Below are positions 1-8,513 of a stretch of DNA of 64,000 nucleotides, in pieces. The notes below the pieces were generated by a model. The model was given only the letters and a program-made list of their open reading frames with translations, had not been told where the DNA came from and made no database searches. Numbering within the stretch: the first letter of the stretch is position 1; each line of letters begins with the position of its first letter. The stretch is from Gloeobacterales cyanobacterium (lineage in GTDB: Bacteria > Cyanobacteriota > Cyanobacteriia > Gloeobacterales > PMM-0068): contig JBBRSB010000016.1 in assembly GCA_038245785.1 (NCBI GenBank), positions 1-64,000 of the forward strand, read 5' to 3'. A program made the position numbers and the translations under genes.

Positions 1-337
1 GCCGGTAGCAGGCACGATGATGGTTGAGCCCACGGAAAGCGAATCTAAAGAAGAATTGGACCGCTTCTGTGACGCGATGATTGCCATCCGCGAAGAAATT
101 CGAGCGATTGAAGAGGGTCGTTCAGACCGCAAAGATAATGCTCTCAAAAATGCTCCCCATACGGCTCAAATTCTCTTATCCGACGCATGGAACCACTCCT
201 ATTCCCGCGAACAGGCCGCCTACCCAGCACCCTGGACTCGTGAGCACAAGTTCTGGCCTGCAGTCAGTCGCATTGACAATGCCTACGGGGACCGACATTT
301 CGTCTGTTCCTGCCTACCGATGGAAGCCTATAGCTAG
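1..337 (+). CDS. gcvP: Glycine dehydrogenase (glycine cleavage P protein), 3' end, partial
   Basis: [26 protein letters not shown]...NAPHT...[16 protein letters not shown] is the GcvP C-terminus; frame is open from the window edge. Confidence 0.95.
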   Translation, partial: PVAGTMMVEPTESESKEELDRFCDAMIAIREEIRAIEEGRSDRKDNALKNAPHTAQILLSDAWNHSYSREQAAYPAPWTREHKFWPAVSRIDNAYGDRHFVCSCLPMEAYS

Positions 338-367
338 AACCTCACCCCTTAATCCCCTCTCCTGCAG

Positions 368-512
368 GCTACTGTGTACACACAAGCCGAAACCACCTCA
401 AATCTCCATCTGAACCGCCCCCTAAATTCCCCAACTTTGGGGGACTTTGAGTTAAGAACCCCCCAGAATTGGGGGGCAGGGGAGCGACTCCAAGATCTGT
501 GTACACCGTAGC
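368..512. mobile_element. MITE-like element with 15-bp TIRs and 8-bp TSD
   Basis: gctactgtgtacaca (368-382) and tgtgtacaccgtagc (498-512) are inverted repeats with 1 mismatch; direct repeat tcctgcag at 360-367 and 513-520; internal hairpins such as cccccagaattgggggg. Confidence 0.85.
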
Positions 513-576
513 TCCTGCAGGAGAGGGGAAGAACTCCTCTGGGCGGCAGGGGGGCGCAAAAAGTCTAATGTCCCTA

Positions 577-2643
577 TCAAAAAGTTGTCTCAAGTCCCAT
601 ACGATAAACAATTCCCGGTGGTGTGTAGATGCGATTGACTCTCTCAAAGCTCGCTCCACCCAAATTTTCCAGATAAACATTCACCGCAGTACTACGGCTG
701 ATGGGAACTCTGGCCGTTAGATCTAGGGTTGTAAATGGAGCAGAGAAATCTGTTGTTTTCTCGCCAGGAAGGGTAAAGAAGGCCCTGCGAGAACCGCTAC
801 TAGAGTTAGCAAGTAGATTGACCTGCCAGCCTTCGTGTTGATAACTAATGCCTACTTGAGCCACGGAATAGGGAATTAGACTGTCTTGTAATCCTGTCAC
901 AATCTCACGGGCATCAGTGTAGGTGTAGTTCAAAAAGCTAGAAAACTCAGGGGACATTTGCCACTTGAGCGCTGTTTCAAAGCCTCCAACTTCTACAGGT
1001 CCGATGTTCTGCCATTTTCCATTGACCGCTTGCAAGCGATTGGACAGACTACTGCCGAAGTAGGTAAATTGCCCCGTGAAGTCAGGAGAAAACTGGACAT
1101 CGACTCCTGCATTCCAAGATGAACCTGTCTCAGGCCTTAGGTCGGGATTTGGGTCCCAACCGTGCACCGTGTCGAAAACATACAGTTGATCCAAGCCAGG
1201 ATTGCGCTGTGCCCCAGCCCAACTCGCACGCACAGCAACCCCCGTACTGGCATCCCATTTCAGGCCAGCACTTGGGTTAAAGTAATTCCCAAACTGACCA
1301 TCAAAACTGCCTCGCCCGCCTAGTTCCAGCGTGAGGTCTCTACTAATATTCCAGGTATCTAATAGGAAAAGTCCTGTATTAAGCAATGATCTATCTTCTG
1401 TAGCCCGACTGCGACCAGCTTGGGTGCTAACAACATTGCCAATGAGCTGGTTATTTTGCAGGTCTACCCCGTAGCGCAAGGTATTGGTCTTAGAGGTGAG
1501 TAGCTGATGTTCTATGCGTGCGGTAAGTTGCTTGGTATCGAGCGTACCCGTACGAGAAACTAACAGATTACCCGTGGGGCCATAGGTATTGAAATAGTCC
1601 TGATTATAACCCAACGTAGTGGTTAGCGTAGAATCACCATTCTCTGTCAGTAGAGATTTCCAATAAATACCAAGATTCCATCCATCATGATCTAAGCGGT
1701 CTCTATTGAGCGTTGTCAGAAATGGGTTAAAAGAATAGAGAAGACCCTTGCGGCTAACTATTTTAGTTGTATCAAAACTTAAAGTATTGCGCTGGTCTAA
1801 TTCGAGAGATACATTCGCTGAATAGCTGGTAAGGGAAGTATCAGAATTAAAGAATCGGCCGTTAGGATCTCGATTAGTGGACCCGAATGGGACTGGATAA
1901 TTATTCTCTGCCTTCGAATCTTGGAAACTAAATAAATAGCTCGTTTTATCATCAGAGCCACCATAACTGGTTCGATAGTCAGATTGCCCTAGAGAACCGA
2001 ATTCTACTTTGGCATTCAGCTGAGCAGGTCCGACTCCTTCTTTGGGGATAATGTTAACGACTCCACTAAAACCTCCTTCAGAACCATATAGGGTGGAACT
2101 AGCTCCACTGGAGAGTTCTACTCTTTCAACAGCCTCTACGGGCAGCGCATTTAAGTCTGTACCACCATGGTAGGTACTGATTCTGTTGCCAATTGGCCTG
2201 CCATTTAGCAAAATCACTGAATCGTTGAGAGAGCGTCCTCGGTAATAGCTCCCCGTGTGAATATCTGCCCCTCTCCCCACATCATTGATGGCAAATCCAG
2301 GTGCTCCTTTTAGGGTCTGACCTATATTCTGCGCTCCCTTCTTTTTAATTTCCCCCTTAGGAATGCTGTAGGAAGGAGAGGTTTGCGAAGGCCCTGTCTG
2401 CTTGCTTTTTACTCTTGGCTGGAATAGAGGAGTCTCTCCGTCTGAAGAAGTTTTTGGGACATTCTCTGACTCAGGTGCTGAGGTTGCAACCTCTTGCGCT
2501 TTTGAAGGAGTTCCCTCTTGTAACCCTTGCGCTGACTGGGTAGGAGTTGGTAATTCAGAAAGTTTTTGGATGGTTTGAGCAACTGTAGCAGTAGCACTAA
2601 AGATAGAAACAGAAATAGCTAGGACCCATGAGTAAGGTTTCAT
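577..2643 (-). CDS. TonB-dependent outer membrane receptor
   Basis: Signal peptide; plug motifs ILLNGRP, VERVELSSGASSTLYGS and GVVNII; NPDLRPETG; ENL motif near the C-terminus; terminal Phe. Confidence 0.92.
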   Translation of the reverse strand: MKPYSWVLAISVSIFSATATVAQTIQKLSELPTPTQSAQGLQEGTPSKAQEVATSAPESENVPKTSSDGETPLFQPRVKSKQTGPSQTSPSYSIPKGEIKKKGAQNIGQTLKGAPGFAINDVGRGADIHTGSYYRGRSLNDSVILLNGRPIGNRISTYHGGTDLNALPVEAVERVELSSGASSTLYGSEGGFSGVVNIIPKEGVGPAQLNAKVEFGSLGQSDYRTSYGGSDDKTSYLFSFQDSKAENNYPVPFGSTNRDPNGRFFNSDTSLTSYSANVSLELDQRNTLSFDTTKIVSRKGLLYSFNPFLTTLNRDRLDHDGWNLGIYWKSLLTENGDSTLTTTLGYNQDYFNTYGPTGNLLVSRTGTLDTKQLTARIEHQLLTSKTNTLRYGVDLQNNQLIGNVVSTQAGRSRATEDRSLLNTGLFLLDTWNISRDLTLELGGRGSFDGQFGNYFNPSAGLKWDASTGVAVRASWAGAQRNPGLDQLYVFDTVHGWDPNPDLRPETGSSWNAGVDVQFSPDFTGQFTYFGSSLSNRLQAVNGKWQNIGPVEVGGFETALKWQMSPEFSSFLNYTYTDAREIVTGLQDSLIPYSVAQVGISYQHEGWQVNLLANSSSGSRRAFFTLPGEKTTDFSAPFTTLDLTARVPISRSTAVNVYLENLGGASFERVNRIYTPPGIVYRMGLETTF

Positions 2644-2694
2644 GATAGAAGTTCAATTTAAAAAGCTCTGCAATGCTCTCTGAGACATCGCCAT

Positions 2695-2717
2695 ACGTCA
2701 AATGACAGACTGTCAAA
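2695..2717. promoter_or_regulatory. Putative PetR operator (GAC-N5-GTC palindrome), copy A
   Basis: tgacagactgtca palindrome at 2703-2715, part of a 23-bp repeat also present at 2810-2832. Confidence 0.65.
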
Positions 2718-2809
2718 CCTTAAATTTCCAAAATAAAGTAGGCCGACCATACAACATATAGTCAGCCCCTATCTCGTTTCTTCTGTAAGTTTGTCTTCTT
2801 AGGTATTAG

Positions 2810-2832
2810 ATGTCAAAAGACACGGTGTCAAA
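2810..2832. promoter_or_regulatory. Putative PetR operator (GAC-N5-GTC palindrome), copy B
   Basis: gacacggtgtc palindrome at 2819-2829, in the same flanking context as copy A. Confidence 0.65.
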
Positions 2833-2888
2833 GTTCAAGTGGCTACATAATGAGCGTGTTACTCTAGTTGCGTCTGATAGAACTAACA

Positions 2889-3308
2889 ATGGCTCCTCTT
2901 CCTAATAACCGACCGAATAGGCTTTCTCTAGGTCCTTTAGAAACAGAAATCTTAGAAATTCTCTGGGAGTTCCATTCTGCGACCACGAAAGATATTTATG
3001 AGCGAATACTGGCAGATCCAGACCGAGAGCTGACGTACTCTTCGGTAACTACTGTTCTACGGCGTCTGACTCAGAAAGGCTGGCTGACCTGTGATGAGGA
3101 AGGACGGGCCTTTGAATGGAAGCCTGTGGTTTCTAGAGAAGAAGCCCAGAGTCTAGCAGCCCATAATCAGTTGCAAAAGTTTCTCTCGGTGAGTACCCCT
3201 GAGATCATTGCTGCCTTTGCCGATAGTTTGGACCAAAACAGCTTAGAACAGCTGCAGGCGATCATGAGCCGCATTCAGGAAGTGCGTCTACAGCGGAGGA
3301 ATCCCTAA
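2889..3308 (+). CDS. petR: BlaI/CopY-family transcriptional regulator (PetR, copper switch)
   Basis: MAPLPNNRPNRLSLGPLETEILEILW...ILADPDRELTYSSVTTVLRRLTQKGWL matches the cyanobacterial PetR pattern; coupled to an M56 protease; ATG at 2889 chosen. Confidence 0.85.
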   Translation: MAPLPNNRPNRLSLGPLETEILEILWEFHSATTKDIYERILADPDRELTYSSVTTVLRRLTQKGWLTCDEEGRAFEWKPVVSREEAQSLAAHNQLQKFLSVSTPEIIAAFADSLDQNSLEQLQAIMSRIQEVRLQRRNP

Positions 3309-4189
3309 TGCATCTGCTGATGATTTGTGGTGTACTGGCCCTGTGTTGGTTTGTGCGTCAGGAAAGTTCTATAAGAAAAGGGCTTTGGTCTGTCCGCTGG
3401 CAAAGGACCCTAACTTCATTTCTGCTTCCCCCTTGTCTTTTGATCACAACAGCCCTTGCGATTCTCTGGATGGGTTCTGGGGGTGCGACCTTTAGCTTTT
3501 GGGATGGAAATCTAACCTATGGCTTGGCCTGGGGTTTCCTGTTCTTCTCTGCTATTCAGGGATCGAAACTAGCATGGTCTGGGACAAAGTTTCTCCGCAA
3601 AATCCAGACCTATTCCTTAGTCGAGGTACAGGGGACTTCTTGCCGCCGCCTCGAGACTGCGGCTCCCTTTATCGCCCAAGTCGGTTTCTGGAATCCTCAG
3701 CTACTGGTGAGTCAGGGCTTACTCGATAGTCTGGACCAAGAACACCTGGAAGCAGTCTTATCCCATGAGCAGGCTCACCACTACTACCGGGATACCTTTT
3801 GGTTCTTCTGGCTTGGATGGTTGCGCAGAGCTACGTACTGGTTGCCCAATACACAATCTTTGTGGGAAGAACTTCTAGCCTTGCGGGAACTACGCGCCGA
3901 TAGCTGGGCAGCCCAGCAGGTAGATGTTTTTGCTTTAGCTGAATCGCTGGTTTTGGTCGTAAATTCTGGCTCGACTCCGGTAGAATCCGAACTGTTCTGT
4001 GCAGGCATAGCGGCCCAATCTCCGAGCCGCTTGGAAGAACGCGTAGAAGCTTTACTGGCGGGCCCGGACTCTTCAAAAAGCTTTAGTCTTGGCTTCTTCC
4101 TTTGGTTATCCCTGATGTTGCTCCCTTTTGCCGCCCTTCCGTTTCACACGCATTGTGTGTGCCCGTTTTTGAAAAGCGGTTTATTCTAA
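3308..4189 (+). CDS. petP: M56/BlaR1-like membrane metalloprotease (PetP)
   Basis: TM segments, HEQAH zinc motif, RELRAD; start overlaps the petR stop. Confidence 0.85.
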   Translation: MHLLMICGVLALCWFVRQESSIRKGLWSVRWQRTLTSFLLPPCLLITTALAILWMGSGGATFSFWDGNLTYGLAWGFLFFSAIQGSKLAWSGTKFLRKIQTYSLVEVQGTSCRRLETAAPFIAQVGFWNPQLLVSQGLLDSLDQEHLEAVLSHEQAHHYYRDTFWFFWLGWLRRATYWLPNTQSLWEELLALRELRADSWAAQQVDVFALAESLVLVVNSGSTPVESELFCAGIAAQSPSRLEERVEALLAGPDSSKSFSLGFFLWLSLMLLPFAALPFHTHCVCPFLKSGLF

Positions 4190-4209
4190 GGCGCGAATAA
4201 GCAGAACCG

Positions 4210-5289
4210 TCAAACAGCAACCCAGATTTTTTGCTCATAGGATTGGTGCGCAGTATCAATCAGGATTTGAGAGCGTAATCCCTCTTTCAACGAAGGGGTC
4301 ATCGGGCGGCCCGTCTCTATGCTGTGAATGAATCGCTCCGCCATGCCAATGAACGCAGCAATTCTGCCATCTGGATAGGAGTGAACAAACTGGAGGTCTT
4401 GAGGAATAAATTGCTCTACCAAATCTTCTCCTGGTTTTGCTAGCCAGAGTTTGAATCCATGGATATAGTCCAATAAATTATCGCTACCTAAAACTAGGGT
4501 TCCGTACTCGCCATAGACGCGAATCCAATGGCCCTGTCCCCGCCAAGTCGCCGTACTCAGAGAGACAACAGCGGGCGTTCCCTGCTCGAATTCAAGGAGC
4601 AAGTTACAGGTATCATCACTGTCTACCGATTTTAAATTATCTGATGGGCTCATTGGATCGGGACGTTCTTTGATAGCCGTTGAGAGTTGAGCGCTAAGTT
4701 GGGCAATGGGGCCAAAAAACCACTCCAAATAGTCAAAACAATGGGAACCAATCGCTCCTAAGGCCCCTCCTCCTTTTTCTTTTTCTGAATACCAGTTCCA
4801 GGCTCGCTTCGCATCTGCTCTGCCTTCCACTTGCCATGCCACTTCTATAAAGCGAATGCTGCCAATAATATCTCGCTCTAAAAGTCGCTTTAGATATTGC
4901 CAATGGGGAACGGCCCGAAATTCAAAATCGACGCCATGGATGAGCTGGTTAGCTTCAGCCAGATCTAGCATTTCTGTTGCTTCAGCAGCATTCAAAGCAA
5001 CTGGTTTTTCACAGAATAATGCTTTCTTTGCTTTGAGTACCGCCATGGATTGTTCATGATGCAGATGGGGAGGGCTACTGATAGCAACTGCCTGAATATC
5101 TGGATGCTGAGCCATCTCTTCGACGGTAGCAAAAACCAAAGGAATATCCTGCTTTTCGGCCAGCATTTGTGTCTTCGCTAGATTTCTTCCCCAAATGCCA
5201 ACGATTTTCACATTAGGAATGGCTTGAAAGCCTGGAATATAGACCTTTTCCCCAAATCCTGTTCCAACGATGCCTATCTGAATGGCCAT
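4210..5289 (-). CDS. Gfo/Idh/MocA family oxidoreductase
   Basis: IGIVGTGFG, CEKP, GGGALGAIGSH motifs. Confidence 0.9.
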   Translation of the reverse strand: MAIQIGIVGTGFGEKVYIPGFQAIPNVKIVGIWGRNLAKTQMLAEKQDIPLVFATVEEMAQHPDIQAVAISSPPHLHHEQSMAVLKAKKALFCEKPVALNAAEATEMLDLAEANQLIHGVDFEFRAVPHWQYLKRLLERDIIGSIRFIEVAWQVEGRADAKRAWNWYSEKEKGGGALGAIGSHCFDYLEWFFGPIAQLSAQLSTAIKERPDPMSPSDNLKSVDSDDTCNLLLEFEQGTPAVVSLSTATWRGQGHWIRVYGEYGTLVLGSDNLLDYIHGFKLWLAKPGEDLVEQFIPQDLQFVHSYPDGRIAAFIGMAERFIHSIETGRPMTPSLKEGLRSQILIDTAHQSYEQKIWVAV

Positions 5290-5295
5290 AGCCCT

Positions 5296-6849
5296 CTACT
5301 CATGATTCTCGTGATGATGTTCTTTCTTTCTGCCACGTTCTATAACCTCATAAGAAGTGCGACCATAGGTCAGAGAAAGATCTGCCAATCGCTCAGCCAG
5401 TTGTTCACTCAAATCTCCCTGCTGATACCGCCAAATCCAGTTGTTTTCTGTCGTGCTTGGAAAGTTCATCCGCGCTTGGCCATCTAATCCTAATAAGTCC
5501 TGCAGAGGAATAATCGCTAAGTCAGCAATAGACATAAAGGCGAGACGAATCAAGTCCCAATGAATACCGTCAGGGCTGAAATGACCAAGATATTTCTTTA
5601 CGGATTCTTGCTCATGCTCAGATAGCTGATTAAACCAACCTACAGCTGTATCATTGTCATGAGTTCCAGTATATACGGCAAAATTGCGGCCATAATTATG
5701 GGGTAAGTAAGGATTGCCTGCCCCAGAGCCAAAGGAAAATTCCAAAATTTTCATGCCAGGAAAATTGAACTGGTCCCTCAGCGCCTCTACATCCGGAGTA
5801 ATCACGCCTAAGTCTTCCGCAAGAATAGGAAGAGTTCCTAACTTTGCTTCTAAGGCAGTGAAGAGGTCTTCGCCCGGTCCTGGTTCCCAGGTTCCGTCCA
5901 TCGCTGTAGTTTCTGTTGAGGGCACAGACCAATAGCTTTCAAAAGCCCGAAAATGGTCTACCCGAATCATATCTACATAGTTAAGCATCATCTTAAACCG
6001 ATCAATCCACCAGCTATAGCCTGTATCTTTCAGCTTTTGCCAGTTGTATAGAGGATTTCCCCATAGCTGTCCTGTTTCACTAAAATAATCTGGAGGGACT
6101 CCTGCCACATGGGTAGATTTATAGGTATCTTCTTCTAGATAAAAAAGTTCTGGATGGGCCCAAACATCGGAGCTATTGTAGGCCACGTAAATAGGAATAT
6201 CTCCAAGCAGAGAAATAGAACGTTCATTGGTATATTGCCTCAGCTTTTTCCATTGATCAAAGAAAATACACTGCATAAACTTGTGGCAAAAAATCTCTGC
6301 CCGATAGAGACGTTCATAGCGTTCTATGGTCTTGGGTTCGCGTTCCACAAGACCGACGCCCCAGGCGCTCCATTCCTCCTCTTTGAGGTTATCTTTTAAG
6401 GTCATGAACAAGGCATAGTCATTGAGCCAGTGCACATGCTGACTGCAAAAATGCATGAAATCATCCATCTGCTCACGGCTGGCTTTCTCTTTAAAGGCTT
6501 CACTCGCTCTTTGCAGGAGTACGGTCTTCAGCGGGATAAGCCTAGCGAAATCTACTTTTTCCTGGGAAAGCTCTGCCAACACTTCCAAATCCTCTACTTC
6601 AACGAGCCCCTGTTCACAAAGCGCTTCCAGGCTAATTAGCATAGGATTACCCGCCATCGCAGAAAAGCACATATAGGGTGAATTTCCAAAACCCGTGGGG
6701 CCAAGGGGCAAAATTTGCCAAATCGTCTGACCGGCTGCTGCCAAAAAATCTACAAACTCATAAGCCGTTTTGCCCAAGTCTCCGATGCCGTGGGGACTAG
6801 GCAAAGAAGAGGGATGGAGGAGCACGCCACTCGCGCGATGAAAAGCCAT
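5296..6849 (-). CDS. malQ: 4-alpha-glucanotransferase (GH77)
   Basis: RASGVLLHPSSLP, GDIPIYV, AGVPPDYFSETGQLWGNP, RVDHFR, AEDLG, YTGTHDNDT. Confidence 0.97.
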   Translation of the reverse strand: MAFHRASGVLLHPSSLPSPHGIGDLGKTAYEFVDFLAAAGQTIWQILPLGPTGFGNSPYMCFSAMAGNPMLISLEALCEQGLVEVEDLEVLAELSQEKVDFARLIPLKTVLLQRASEAFKEKASREQMDDFMHFCSQHVHWLNDYALFMTLKDNLKEEEWSAWGVGLVEREPKTIERYERLYRAEIFCHKFMQCIFFDQWKKLRQYTNERSISLLGDIPIYVAYNSSDVWAHPELFYLEEDTYKSTHVAGVPPDYFSETGQLWGNPLYNWQKLKDTGYSWWIDRFKMMLNYVDMIRVDHFRAFESYWSVPSTETTAMDGTWEPGPGEDLFTALEAKLGTLPILAEDLGVITPDVEALRDQFNFPGMKILEFSFGSGAGNPYLPHNYGRNFAVYTGTHDNDTAVGWFNQLSEHEQESVKKYLGHFSPDGIHWDLIRLAFMSIADLAIIPLQDLLGLDGQARMNFPSTTENNWIWRYQQGDLSEQLAERLADLSLTYGRTSYEVIERGRKKEHHHENHE

Positions 6850-6921
6850 AGTTCTGCAAGTAGGAAGATAGCGGTAGTCTAAGCGCTCTGCGTGCCTAAG
6901 GGCAGAAAATTTTGCTATCTC

Positions 6922-8430
6922 TCAACCTTTAGATTGAGCGTTGAGAAAATGTGTGGTTTGAGAAGCGTATGCTGTCCTCGTTTTTTCATCTAATTTATCT
7001 AGGTGGGCGAGAACAAGTCCCATTCTTCCCTGTTGGTTGAGTTTCTCCCGATGACGGTCTAAGAAGTTCCAGTAGAGATAATTGAAGGGGCAAGCATCCT
7101 CTCCTAATCGTTCTTTGGGGTTATAGCGGCAGCCTTCACAATAGTTGCTCATTTTGTTGATATAGTTTGCGGAAGCGGCATAGGGCTTAGAGGCAAGTAC
7201 GCCACCATCTGCAAATAGAGCCATCCCCAATACGTTCGTCTGCATCACCCAATCATAGGCATCAATATAAGCACTATGAAACCAGTTTTCTACTGCTTGC
7301 GGATTTAATCCAGCAATTAAACTAAAGTTTCCAAGAATCATCAATCGTTGAATATGATGGGCATAGCCTGTCTCTATCGTCTGTTCTAGCGTCTCTTTGA
7401 GACAGTTCATAGAGGTTTCTCCTGTCCAGAAAAAATCTGGAAGGGGCTGCTGATGGTCAAACCAGTTTTTCTGAGCATAGCCTTCGGGCATCTTGAGGAG
7501 ATAGAGCCCCCGGATATATTCTCTCCAACCGATTACTTGGCGGATAAAGCCTTCTACACTGGCTAAGGGAAGCTCTCGGCTTCGGTAGGCTTTTTCAATG
7601 CGCTGAATCACTTCTTTGGGGCTCAGAATTCCAAGATTGAGATAGGGTGAAATCAAGCCATGAAACATCGTCCACTGGCCTGTTATCATCGCATCTTGAT
7701 AGGGACCAAATTGAGCAAGTCGGTGCTGGATAAATTCTTCTAATACTTTGAGCGCATCCTCCTGCGTGACAGCCCAGCTAAAAGAGTTCACCTGACCAAA
7801 ATTTTGACCGAAATTCTTTTTTACTAAGTCGATAACAGATTGCGTAATGGAATCAGGTTTGAAGCTTAACGGTTCTGGTAGATTCAATCCTTTCTTAGGA
7901 GGCTTGCGATTGTCTTGGTCATAATTCCACTGTCCGCCTACTGGTTTGCCCTCATCCATCAGGATATCTAAGCGACGGCGTGTTTCCCGATAGAAATCTT
8001 CCATCAAGAGCCGTTTTCTGTCCTTGGCCCACTGACAGAATTCCTGGGCTGACCAGAGATAATGATTATTCGGCGTAACTGTAAGTTTGCATGCCAAATT
8101 TAGATTCTGGAGCAATTCCTGAAAGGGAATATTCGCAGGTTCCATGACCTTCAATTCAGTAATCTGATTATTACTGATAAACGTGGTTAGTTCCGGCTCA
8201 AAATCTTGTGCCTGTTCAACATAGTGAACTTGATATCCCTGTTCCTTCAGCCTCTCAGCAAAATGCCGCATTGCCGACCAGACAAGAACTAGCTTTTGCT
8301 GATGGTAATTGCGTACTTGCACATGAGCAATGGATTCAATCATTAAGACTGGAGCCCCTGCAGGCAATCCGTCCAGCGCAGAGTTCTCTAGATTGAGCTG
8401 ATCGCCTAGAATCCATACGGCAAGAGTCAT
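6922..8430 (-). CDS. Cryptochrome/photolyase family protein, FeS-BCP (PhrB/CryB) type
   Basis: WILGDQL, HQQKLVLVWSAMRHF, GGQWNYDQDNR, YAHHIQRLM, KPYAASANYINKMSNYCEGC...ACPF (4Fe-4S cysteines). Confidence 0.92.
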   Translation of the reverse strand: MTLAVWILGDQLNLENSALDGLPAGAPVLMIESIAHVQVRNYHQQKLVLVWSAMRHFAERLKEQGYQVHYVEQAQDFEPELTTFISNNQITELKVMEPANIPFQELLQNLNLACKLTVTPNNHYLWSAQEFCQWAKDRKRLLMEDFYRETRRRLDILMDEGKPVGGQWNYDQDNRKPPKKGLNLPEPLSFKPDSITQSVIDLVKKNFGQNFGQVNSFSWAVTQEDALKVLEEFIQHRLAQFGPYQDAMITGQWTMFHGLISPYLNLGILSPKEVIQRIEKAYRSRELPLASVEGFIRQVIGWREYIRGLYLLKMPEGYAQKNWFDHQQPLPDFFWTGETSMNCLKETLEQTIETGYAHHIQRLMILGNFSLIAGLNPQAVENWFHSAYIDAYDWVMQTNVLGMALFADGGVLASKPYAASANYINKMSNYCEGCRYNPKERLGEDACPFNYLYWNFLDRHREKLNQQGRMGLVLAHLDKLDEKTRTAYASQTTHFLNAQSKG

Positions 8431-8513
8431 TTGTCAATTTCAACAAATATTTTGGCTTTCCCAGCTTACTTGATGGGCAGAAAACGGGAACTTCAAATAC
8501 CTTCTAAAACGCT

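Noticed and set aside
2644..2888. Cobalamin riboswitch / btuB call for the TonB-dependent receptor
   Set aside because: No GGGAA..GGTG.AA.TCC or GCAACTGT B12-box seen on the minus strand
4210..5289. Biliverdin reductase call
   Set aside because: Only generic Gfo/Idh/MocA motifs; cannot support the specific function
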